This document shows, one piece after another, positions 1-11,196 of a stretch of DNA of 64,000 nucleotides (position 1 is its first letter; the number at the start of each line of letters is the position of its first letter). Under the pieces are notes generated by a model, which was not told the origin of the DNA, ran no database searches, and worked only from the letters and a program-made list of their open reading frames with translations. The DNA lies in NCBI GenBank assembly GCA_964252035.1, contig OZ176210.1. The stretch is one strand, 5' to 3'. This stretch comes from Podarcis erhardii. Its lineage: Eukaryota. A program made the position numbers and the translations under genes.

Positions 1-1337
1 TTTATATTGTTCAATAGAACCATTTAAGACTTAGAAAGACTGAAATTGTTTTGAATATCGTGTACTGTCAATCCATCAATTCAAAAGCAAACCTTGTGCA
101 GTAGGTTAAGTTAAGAATCAATGACCGGCCCAAGGTCACCCAGTGAGCTTCATAACTGGGTGGGGACTGGAACCCTGGTCCCCCAGTTCTTAGTCCAGCA
201 CTTGAACCACCCACTGCACTGGCTGTCTTGGATTACTTTATTTAAAGCAAACTGCTACTTTGAGTTCTCCACATTGTCTGTGACTTTAGTAGTGGTCTTG
301 AATGAGAGTGATATCCATGCTGACATTTTCTCAGAAATTGTAACAGAAATCTTGGCTCCTACCAGCAGGAATTGCTGAACGCCCACTCTCCTATAATATG
401 CCAAAGTTCCACTTGAACTTGTGGAATGGTTTCAACCAGCACCTTGCAGATCTGATTTATGGTTGAATTTTGTGTATGGGAGTCTTTGAGGTGAGCGATG
501 CATATTCATATATACCATGGGTGGAAGTTAGTATCGTTTGTGCAGGATACAATTTCACGGCCTACAATAGAAGGGAGCTCTGTCTTTCTCATCAAATGAA
601 CCCTGCAAAGGTTTTGCTATTGAGGTAATACATCTCTGTATTTTGGAAACTATTTTCAGGCGCAAGCCAGGATAGGGATAGAGTTTCTCTTTATACAGAG
701 CACTGAAATAAGATCTTCAGATGTTTTCAAATTTGCTGTCTTTGAGTTGGAGAACAGAAAACATCGCTTCAGTTTTTAGGTTATATATGTTCAAAAGCAA
801 AACAATCTGAGTAGTGGGAGGCTTGATTAATTGGCTTCTTTGCATTTAGTGCAATTGAGGCAGTACTTGGCAATCAAGCATAAAAATGGAGTTTACAATC
901 CTGATCCAGCCTGACAGACTCTTAATTGCAGCGTGCATCAAAAAGTTTCTCCAGAGATAGCTCTGCAGAGTTGTTTAACCAGGTGTTTGGGTCAGTTTTG
1001 ACTAGGAAGATGAATTGGTGGGTAGCTCATAACATTTTGCAAATATTTCAATTTGATAAAGGGTTTGCCTGTAACTTCAGAGGACTTGCTGCATAGGAAA
1101 TGGTGCCTTCAGAAGCATGAAGGGTGGTTTTCTTCCAGCTCTTCTGGAATCGCAAATGACAGGAATGGAACGCAAGTTTTTGAAACTGATGTTTTTAATA
1201 GAGGAGAACTCATATTGGTTACAGGAAGCAGCCAGTGCTGTATACCTGTTGCTTTGAGGCCCAAGTAAGAAATTTTGAATGATCACCAGTAACATTCCCA
1301 TTGAGGGTGGCAATATTGTCAAAGTCAATTCTGAATA

Positions 1338-1392
1338 ATAGAATCATAGAATTGTGGAGTTGGAAAGGACACTGAGGATCATCCAGTCTAAA
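1338..1392 (-). mobile_element. CR1-type 3' tail fragment
   Basis: Reverse complement of the squamate CR1 end (tagactggatgatcctcagtgtcctttccaactccacaattctatgattctat); family from recall. Confidence 0.65.
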
Positions 1393-2412
1393 TGCTTTCC
1401 CCCCCTGCCCAATTTCAGTTGCTGGATTGCATTTCCTAAAACTGAAAAGACATTGCAATGGTCATTAGTGTGACATGGAATGTTGTGATGCCCTATATAT
1501 CGTAGACGGCTTTTAAGGAATAATAGGCCATTTGCCAGTGTCTGCTGAAGGCAGGAGTGCTGGGATAGATAGATTGTGGGCTGATCCATCAGATATGGTC
1601 ATTACTCAGAGCAAGCTGTTGTTTAATGCTGGCTCTTTAAAACAGAAACAGAAAAATGCTCACTTAAGTCAGCTTTCTGAAATAATGCTTTGGGGGGGGG
1701 GGTTGGAATCCATACTTTGTGTCTTCCGTTAGCTTGGATTGTGGTTATAGTTCTGGGGTTAGAACTACAGGCTTGCTCTAATATTCATGTAGTAGATTTC
1801 TTATGAGCAAAAGCACTCTTTAATCTATCATGCACATGCTCAGAGGTGCTCTTTGTAGCAGAAATGTCATTTTAAAATAGATTCCACATGAGCTGTGGTT
1901 CAAATGTAAACCTTGGAAAGAGTACAAACTTCTCATATTTAGTAGTCCCATTGTTGATAAGCCACAGTACTTCCGTTTTATTTTAGCAGCTAATGGCAGT
2001 TGTGCCAAAATGAGTGCATGATGTACACTGAATTATAAACCCCTTGGGTTCTTAAAAATACCAATTAATCTTACTTTTACTGGGAAAATGTGAAAATAGC
2101 TTTATGCTTAGCAGGTTAGCACATTACTGAGAAAATTAGCATTTGCAGTCCAGCAGACCCCTGGCAACCAGCTGAACACAGCTTCTGGATGTGGTTGACA
2201 GAGGAATCTTAAGGGGAATCCCACTGATGGGCATTTGTAGGAGCTCCATACTGCTGAAGCAAAATGTTCTGAAATGCTGTGACCAAATACTTAAACTGTG
2301 CTTAAACAGTCCATGTTGCATATAAACAGTCCCATTAATGCAATCTGTAAGTTTTGTAAGAATTCTGTCTTCTGGATCCAGTTACCTATATTCTTCCTTT
2401 TCTCATTGAGGG

Positions 2413-2575
2413 CAGTGGCGTAGCGTGGGTTGTCAGCACCCGGGGCAAGGCAAGTAATTTGCACCCCCTAACCCGTGGATTTGCACTCCCAAACGCGTGG
2501 ATTTGCGCCCCCTAACCCCCAGATGTTGCGCCCGGTGCGGCCAGCCCCCCCTGCACCCCCCACGCTACGCCACTG
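2413..2575. mobile_element. Non-autonomous hAT MITE, young
   Basis: Perfect 17-bp TIR CAGTGGCGTAGCGTGGG/CCCACGCTACGCCACTG; perfect 8-bp TSD ATTGAGGG at 2405-2412 and 2576-2583. Confidence 0.9.
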
Positions 2576-4189
2576 ATTGAGGGTGAGGTGGGGAACTCTG
2601 TTAGAAAGCTATTTATGGAAAGAAAACAAACTCCGTTGGCCATGTTTGCATAGGACATTAAACCAGACTTTCTGCTTTGTTATGATTTATTGAGAACAAG
2701 GAGCATGCAAGTACAATTGTTCCCACTTCACTCCTCCCTTAACGTGAGGAGCAGAAACAAACCAGGATGCATGGGCTTCATGTTACCTCCTAACCAGGGA
2801 TTGTATTTTGTTGTTCCCTAACAAGCTACGATCAGCAACACAAGTACAAACCATTGCTCCACGTTGGCTAGCAATCTTGACTTGCTAGGGAGAAACAAAC
2901 CATGATCCTGGTTCAGATGTAACTTCCTGGGATTTTTGATTGTTTGCTTGTTTTGCTCAAGGGAAGATCATTGCTTGATGTCAGTAAACTATGATAAGCC
3001 AGAAAGGCTGACTTCTCATTTATGTTTGATATGACCATTGTGTTCTAACCTTTGCTTCATTGTAGTCTCTGTGTCCTTGGAAAAGTCATTTCTGCATTAA
3101 GACACAGAGGAGGATGGGAAGTCTATTTTCCACCCCAGAAAAGAATTGGCAATGTTTTCTCTTGTATCATGTATTGCTCTGATAAAAGTCACTACATCTG
3201 GAGATAGTGGGTGATTAGCTTGTTTTCTCTTAATGGATCTTAGAATACAGTTATAGACAAACACTTTTTTTTTTGTACACAAACAGCAATTGCAAATCTT
3301 GAACTCGCTGTGATACTCTGGTTATTTACAAATGTAAGTCAATACACAGAACATGAATTGAGAGTGGTTGCTATAGCTCTTCTCAGGAATCTGCACTTGT
3401 ACTTTGAGCATAAGATGGCCTGTCCTAATGATTTAAGAAGAGAATATGCTGTGCAGTTTGTTCTTTTTAAGAATGCATAACTATTTAAATCATGTTGTGA
3501 CTCTGAAAACCTGAAGAATAAGAAACACACATCTTTCATGTTTGGCTTCCAATAAGTTGCAGAGTAAGTTGCAGAGATAGTCTGTCTCAACATAAGGACA
3601 ACAATAATCCCAAGAGGCATAGTAAGCAGTGAACGAAACAATAGTTGTGTTGGTTAAGTTTCAGGAAGGATTACGGTTTGGCCTGTATGTTATGGCAGCT
3701 GATGCCCACTAGATCTGGTGGGGCCACTAAGAGGTCACAGGGTTGTGGCCAAGTTCTGGTCTCCCCCCCCCCCCAACACCCTCCCTTGCAAAGATGCTAT
3801 AGTAGACATTTAAGCAGAGCTATTTTACAAACAGTCAACACCTTACTAAACTGGAAATAAATGTTTTATTTTGGTTCAGAAGGGGTCCCTGCTGCCACAA
3901 CTGCATCTCTGCTGGGATTAAAAAAAAACCAAGGTTCTTTTTCGCCTGTTCTGGTTGTTTTCCTATCCTACTCCTTTGCAAAGAAATAGTGGACACTTAA
4001 ACATTGCAATTCTGTGACTACTTAGCACTAAGGGTCTGTCTTCAGAAGGAGTCCTTGCTTTCACAATTTGTAGTGTGTATTCATGCCACAATAACTGTAC
4101 ATTACTCAGAGGGTAAGGCCCTCTGAATTCCATGGGGATTCAGTCCCCCCTGGTAAGTATATACAGGATTGCAGCCCTAATGAGTTAAT

Positions 4190-4495
4190 CTTAAAGGTAC
4201 CACACAGGACTGGTAATAAGGCTATGGAATAAAATCCAGGAATATTAAGTGGACTAGGAACTGGTACTAGCAGTGAGGGTTATCAATTGAAGTTGGAACA
4301 TTCAGGATAAAAGGAAGTACTTATTCACACAGTAAATGGACTTTGCTATTATAAGGATGTAGAAATGGTTGACAATTTAGATTGCTTTAAAAGTGGATTA
4401 GACAAGATCATGATGAGATGGCCATCATTAGCTGCTTATCATCAGTATCAGAGGCAGCATGCTTCTGAATACCAGTTTCTGGGGATCATGAGTTG
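4190..4495 (+). mobile_element. Degraded CR1 LINE 3' fragment
   Basis: CR1 ORF2-end and 3'UTR-like text (tttaaaagtggattagacaag...tcagaggcagcatgcttctgaatacc); the same motif occurs inverted at about 47200; boundaries approximate. Confidence 0.6.
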
Positions 4496-4499
4496 GAGA

Positions 4500-4630
4500 T
4501 TACTGGATAGCTCATTTGGTTAGAGTGTGGTGCTGATAACTCCCATGGTTGCAGGTTCGATCCCCATAGGGGACAGCTGCATACTGCTGCAGGAAGTTGG
4601 ACTAGGGTCCCTTCCAATTCTATGATTCTA
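4500..4630 (+). mobile_element. tRNA-Ile-derived SINE with CR1-type tail
   Basis: Head tagctcatttggttagagtgtggtgctgataac...ggttcgatcccc resembles tRNA-Ile (A and B boxes); ends in ggtcccttccaattctatgattcta. Confidence 0.75.
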
Positions 4631-6677
4631 TTAAAAACTGTTTTTCACATGCCCTACCTATGGACTTCTCATATACATCTGTTTGGCTACCGTGACATGG
4701 AATGTTCATTTGTGGCAAACGTAGATTTATTGCAGCATAATATGACAGGTGGTCACTTGCTCACCTGCCCCATCTCACTATTCTGGAAACAGCTTGGAAG
4801 ATCCACCAAAAATGTTTCCAGTGTTGTTCCATCTGTTCCAGCCCTCTCACTTTCATGCCCTTTCTCCCTGCTCTGGATTCAACCTCTGCTCTCTTCTAAT
4901 TGTGTGAAATGTGAGTTTGTAGTAACAGGCTTACTACATAACATAATTATGTTATGCTTAACATAATTGGGTCACATTATTACTATGTGGAATGTAAAGC
5001 TGTCAAACTCAGGTTATTTAAACAGAAAGCACGTGACATTTATGAAATGTCTGCAGAGCTTCTTTAGGGGATACAGAGCTTTACAGTAAAAACGGACATA
5101 CCCCAGAACTACAAAATCCAGTGTGCAGACTATGTCAAGGTATTAAAATCCTAACTTCCCACTGTCTTGATGGTGCTTTTCAGATGGATCCCATTAGATG
5201 CTTTTCAACATGTATATGTGCACGGGAAGAATCCATGCTAGATTATTTCCTGCTTAGTGGCCCCACAAATAGGTTTTGGTGCAAGTCATCCTTGTGTTAG
5301 AGGCTCTTTCACAGCCCTAAATAGCTTATTCTAAAAAGAAGTGTCAACATTAGACTTAATGAGCCAGAGTGAGAAGTCAAAATAAAATATGCACTCTTGG
5401 TTTGTATTATCTGACTTGTTGAAATAAACCCTTCCAAGAGAAAAATATGTGAAGCCAGTTGTCATGAAACAATAATATACATCCTGACAGCTCTGGAGGC
5501 CTGATGTATGGCTGCTACTGGGATGATTTAAGTCTTTTAAGAATGTGATGAAGGAGAGGGGAGAGAGACAATAAAGTAAGGGCTTGATGTTTCCACCAGT
5601 GGGGTACTTTCACTTTGGGGAATGCTTATTTATCCAGTGGTGGGGTTGGGGACTGGTGGGTGGGAAAGGTGGTAGGGTGGAGACCAAGGGAGTTTACGCT
5701 CACCAGCACTGGAGAGGAGTCTGGAACGAACGTTCAGGCTCTTGGCTGGCAGGGGAGACGGAATGTTCCGAGTCAGAGCTGCTTTTGGAAGAAGGGGGTT
5801 AGCTGCCTGCAAAGGAATGTTTAGCAGGCCTTTCTATTGTCTGTTTCTCCATCCCTCTGCCTCTCTCTGTTTAATGTATTAAAACTGTGGGGCAGGAGGA
5901 GGGAAAAGAGAAAACAAATGTGTGTGCAGCTGACAGGTTAATAAGTGACAGATACTATTTCCAGCTGGGATCTGGATGGCGTAGTAGGTAACTTTTGCTG
6001 AAGCTGCACCGAGGGATATCGTTTTGGTCATAGTAGTCTGTGTGCCGGGACGAGCGTGATGTGTTTGTGATATGAATAAACTGAAGCACAAACACGGGAG
6101 CCCCTATAATGTAGTCAACACATGGATATTTATAAAGCAGAATGCTGTTTCTCAGTCGTGGCAAACTTGTATCCAAGAGCAGAAAACTAATCATGATAGT
6201 CCCCAATTTTAGGGTTAGCTCTGTCGTGAATTTTCCTAGGCAAGTTGTTTGCCTTCTGCCAATCCCACCCCACCCCTCCACCAGTATTGCAAGGATAGTA
6301 AGACCAAGCCTTACCACTGAGGTGGGGAACCTCCAGACCACAGGTCCAGTCTGGCCAGCCAGGGGTCGCAATTTCTCCCATCAGGCTACTCCTAGGAAAC
6401 CACACCCACCTGCTCCACACCTTAGGTCATATGTGGCATCATGTGCTGCGCAGGTACTAACATGGCTTCAAAGGAAAAATTGGAAGCTTTAAATTGATAT
6501 TTTCATGTTACAGGAACCATACTTTGGAGCTCCCAGGTGGGCACATTCACTGAACTGTTTTCTGTGCCTGCTAAAAACATTTCCACCCAGCCTTTCTAAA
6601 AGCCTACTCAGATGTGTAAAATATTTCCATGTGTTTTTAATCTGCCATTAATTTTAATTATTTCTTCAATGCTTTAT

Positions 6678-6807
6678 CAGTGTTTCTCAAACTTGGGTTC
6701 CCAGGTGTTGTTGGACTACAACTCCTATCATCCCTAGCTAGCAGCACCTAGTGGTCAGGGATGATGAGTCCAACAACACCTGGGGACCCAAGATTGAGAA
6801 ATGACTG
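6678..6807. mobile_element. hAT-like MITE
   Basis: Imperfect TIR cagtgtttctcaaacttggg/cccaagattgagaaatgactg; core ggactacaactcc...gggatgatg shared with the 16214 element; TSD not clear. Confidence 0.7.
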
Positions 6808-7355
6808 CTTTAAATAGTTGTTTTTATTGATAACCTGATTGTGTCATTCTTTTTGGAAATTGACTTGAGGTGTTTTGTTTTAAACAGTCAAACAGTATAT
6901 ACATTTTAGGGGGAGGAAGTAAGAGTGAGTTTCCGACTATTCCTTTGCTGGAGAGTGGCACACTCCCACTGCCCACCAGTTTATCCTAACGGGCATTGAG
7001 AGCATGTCTTGCTCTAGGATCAGGAAAGGGCTTGCATTGAAACCCCTTTTAAAATGGTTCCTCAGTTGATGCAACAGGCAGAGAAATCATTAAACCATCA
7101 TCCATTACCCTCAGCAATTTTCAAGTGGTCTGTTGGGGGCGGGGGGGGGGGGAGTTTGGGAATCACTGGTGCAGACATACTGAGCTTGATGTACTAGTGC
7201 CCTAACTCAGTATAAAGGAGCTTCCTGTGTGAGCTTTGCTGAAGCTTTATTTTGCAAATCAAAGGTGAACTTTGTTATACAATTGCAGTGTGTCAAAATC
7301 TTAATGATGTATGTATAAATTGTAATAAGTATGTGGGCATTCTCTTGTTTTTCAG

Positions 7356-7413
7356 ACTGTCGTTTTACTCTGGACATTCTTCGTTTTCCATGTATTGCTT
7401 GCTCTTCCTAGCA
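7356..7413 (+). CDS. PLPP1: PLPP1 coding exon 4 (human numbering), phosphatase C2 motif
   Basis: ttttcag|A CTG TCG TTT TAC TCT GGA CAT...CTA GCA|gtaagt; 58 nt; encodes (R)LSFYSGHSSFSMYCLLFLA with the SGH C2 motif of type-2 phosphatidic acid phosphatases; recognised from recalled PPAP2A sequence. Confidence 0.95.
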
Positions 7414-10089
7414 GTAAGTATACTTTTTAGCAGCCAGTTATGATGGGTTGGTTTTTTTGTTTTGCTTAAAAAATCTGTTTATGTTGCATAGCATGAAGCT
7501 AAAACATTTGCTGCATCAGCATTTCATTTGGGCTGTTTGTGCAGAGGAAGCATTAAAATGAAAAAGACTGGGGTGGGGTGGATGTTTGCTCTGAGATCTT
7601 TTCACTTGACGGTTGGAATATTTGACCACTGCATGTTAGGTAGGCTTTTCCCTAAATTGTCCAGGGAGTCTTTGTGTGAAGGCCAGTTCAAGCTTTTTTT
7701 TTGCTACCCTAGGTGGAAGTCTCGGAAAGTGCATCCCAGGACCACCTGTGACATTACAGAGGGTACCAGGACGCTTTCAGTTAGTGTCAGCTATCAGCCA
7801 CACCAGCAGTGATTCAAGACCCGGGACTAATGCACAGCTTCTGATATGGAAGGCACCTTTGAAGTGTGACACCCTAGGCAGCTGTCTACTCTGCCTGTCT
7901 GGCTGAGCCTATCCTGAAAAGTGAGCAGCTCATAAAATGCAGCAGCCACCATTTACCTGAAGCTTAGGCACTTCAATAAGCAGCATGGCCAGGCTCACTT
8001 TGCAGGGGGACAGTCTCTTTTTCCCTTTCTACCTCTGGCAAACTAAGCTTGTCAGAAGCAGTAAGGACTCCCTCTAACTGATAGTCCTAGGCATTCTTTT
8101 TGTAACTTCATGCTTTGCTCTGGGGGATTGTGGTAGGCTTAGCATGAGGCAGGAATGTGATGCAGATGATGGTCTATCCAGCGCAACCAGTCTCTACTTT
8201 AAGCAAACAAAGCAAGGAAGGAAGCAGGGGATGGGAATCCACCCATCAAATGTTTTACAGGCTTCAGCAACATAAATACTAATTTATGAATGCCATCCAA
8301 TCTTGATAAGCTACATTTTAGCTGTTTGTTGCTCTTTGTTTTTGGCCAGGAGAGAAGTAACTACTGTACCAAAGCAGATGGGACAATCTAGTCAAAATGG
8401 AGACTTTAGCTTTATGTCTGTGTATTTAAGCAAACAAAACGAATACAAAAAATGTCCACACTTTTTCTGTGGGGTGTGTAGGAATGAATATTGCAAGTTA
8501 TTCCCAGCATGGCTCTGTGGACATGTAGATATCAGAACCTGAAAAACTAAAACTGTTAAAAGCAGTGCTTTAAAATTTTGCGTAGAAATGTTTCTTGCTG
8601 TAGGATTGTTCTCAGGAGGAAAATATTTGTGTTTTTTTAAGAGCACTTAATTTGCAGTGTTTGTTTTATTATTTCTCTGAAGCATTTCAAAGCTGCTTCA
8701 ACTCCCAACAGAATGACAAGCCTGATCATCTAGCCTGTAGTGACATTAATAAAAATACCTCCTTTTTGGGGGGGGTTGGGAGCCATAGTTAAGCATTGAC
8801 TGATTCTTTCCTGAAATCAGACCTCTTATTTTTGTTGTTGTTCTTGGAGCCTATAAATTGTAGGCTTCCAAGTCAACCTTCTTTACAGTATATGGAATAA
8901 AATTATCCAGTCATGGACAGTGGCAGTACTACTGACAGTGGTGTCTTAAAAGTCTCTGCTGGGTCTGACCAATTTGAGCTGTGCTATAGAACTGTCCTGT
9001 GTCCAGCTGCTCTGCCTGGCAGCTGCAGGGAAATTTTCTGGCACTGCTACTGAAAAATCCATCAGCTGGAGATATTTGGTACTGAAACAAGAGCCTTATG
9101 CGTGCAACGCATGTGCTCCAACACTGTCATTTCAATGCAAAGAACATTGATGCTTCAAATGCTTATATCTATCCAAGGGTGTATTAATTATTATTTAGTC
9201 TTGGAAAGTTGAGGAGTCAGCCCAAAATCAGAGGGATGAGGGACTCTCATTATCAATTTTGCATGGCAAAGTGAACAGACTTCACACTTTTAGGTGACTT
9301 TGGTGTGCTGAGCTAGTCTTGCGAATGCCTCCATGCATGCCCAGATCACAACTAGCCACCTAAAACATTCTACAGAAAAATAGGTTGAATTGAGATGTAC
9401 TAAGCTGTGTGTGGTATGTGCTGGACAATTTTGAAGACTGGTTTAGTTGTTCAGCATAACAGACAAGTCTTATCTTAGGTTGCCCTTGGCACATTGGCAG
9501 GGGAAATGCTACCTTTACAAGCAGACCAATCTAATCCTTGACATCTTTATCATGTATTCTAGTGATGGGTGTAGTAAATGGGTCTCTCCTACCCCACGAG
9601 TATTAACCAGGATGAGCTAAAGAGAGCCTTGAGAATTTATATGGAACTTCTCCCTGTTTGGAATGCTCTCAATCCTTAATGAGTTAGTGCCTATGTCTTG
9701 TGCAATAAGAAAGGGCTTACCCCAAGGCTGGTTATGCCTATTATTGCAATTTGCCGCTTACAAGATACAATGTGATCATCTTTCCCTCTACGTCTCTACG
9801 TAGACATTTCACGGCTCCTAACTTTTCCATGCGGCAACACAGAGTTCTGCCAGTGGCCCCATGTCAAGTCTTATGCATCTGATAACCTCCCCCCAAAAAA
9901 ACGTACTTTCTGACCAGCTTCAACTTGCCATTTGCATGCTTGACTCCAGCTGCAGTTGTGTGCTGCTCGTGACTCCCCAGTTCCTAACATGTGGCATTAC
10001 TCACAGCCTGGGTTAATCATAACCAGACGCCTGAAATTTCAGCCTCCCGAGGGCTGGAGGAATCTGACTTATGTTAGTGTGACTGACTG

Positions 10090-10090
<1 letters not shown>

Positions 10091-10148
<58 letters not shown>
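10091..10148. repeat. (AC)29 microsatellite
   Basis: Uninterrupted AC run of 58 nt. Confidence 0.98.
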
Positions 10149-10150
<2 letters not shown>

Positions 10151-11116
10151 AAACAAAACCCAACCAAAAAGGCTATGACAGTACAGCCACCACATTGGCA
10201 GCTAGATTACAGCTCTGCCAGGATGACTGGAGGAACCAATAGAGTTTCCCCAGACTCTCCTCAGCCCATTGCCATTCGCTTCAAACTATACCCCTTAACT
10301 TCTTCCAGATTGCAATAAGTTGCAGCTTCTTTTCTGTGGGATTGTCTGCTCTGGCCTTCAGGTGGATCCCACAGTTTGTCAGTTACTTAAATCAGCTTGC
10401 TGAACCACAAGCCCAGGATTGTAACGGCCACAGTCTGTGTCAGAGTGTTAATTCCTTTTGCCCCTCCCTTTCCAGTAACACAGATGCTGCTGTAACAGGC
10501 AATTTAGATTTGAATTGTGGTCTTAGAAAAGCATTTAAGACCTTTTTTTTTACACCTGGAGGTGGTCATTAGGGTGATGGATTTTGACAGCAACAGTGGG
10601 GACACACCCACACATCTCCCTTGCATGTTTGCTTACTTACTGTACTTCTACTCATTAGAAATATTTGGAGATGTGTCAGTTGAGCTGAAGAAGTTTCATT
10701 TTCTGTAGTGTCCCCTTTTCAAGGGAGGTGACATGCTAGGATAAATGTGCTCACAACTAGGAGTAATCTTTGTCTGGAGAGGCTGAGCTGTTTAAGCCTC
10801 TGCTCTTGAGTCCCTTCAGAGTTATTTATGTGTGACCAAGCAACGCCACAGCTTGCTTAGCTGATGTACTTGTGTGTTTCTGTTAATTCATACGTTTTCT
10901 AAAATGCTTTGGATGTTCACACTAGGAAAAAGATAAGAGTGGAGTACTCCCTCCCTTAATTAATCAGTTAATTCAGTTGAGACTTGTAACCTTAATAATA
11001 TATTGTGTGTGCAAATATCCATGGCTAGCAATATCCATAGCTCCAGTATTGTGGTTTCAGCAGTGAGTGTACCCATCTGTCAGTTTTCACATACACACAT
11101 GTCACTCACTACTAAC

Positions 11117-11196
11117 ATTCCTGCTTTGCAGGGGGTTGGACTAGATGGCTCTTGGAGTCCCTTCCAACTCTACAATTCTTTGATTCTATGATTCTA
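11117..11196 (+). mobile_element. CR1/SINE 3' tail
   Basis: cctgctttgcagggggttggactagatggctcttggagtcccttccaactctacaattctttgattctatgattcta; same tail family as 4570-4630. Confidence 0.75.

Noticed and set aside
4500-4575. tRNA-Ile gene
   Set aside because: Acceptor and anticodon stems are degenerate and the sequence runs straight into a CR1-type tail, so it is a SINE head.
6055-6100. SECIS element or mini C/D snoRNA (GTGATGT...ATGA...AAA...CTGA)
   Set aside because: Spacing is far too short for either, and it lies in an intron of a non-selenoprotein gene.
1-7355. PLPP1 exon 3 (C1 motif, KxxxGRLRP) or other upstream exons
   Set aside because: No matching frame found by eye or in the ORF track; these exons presumably lie upstream of the window.
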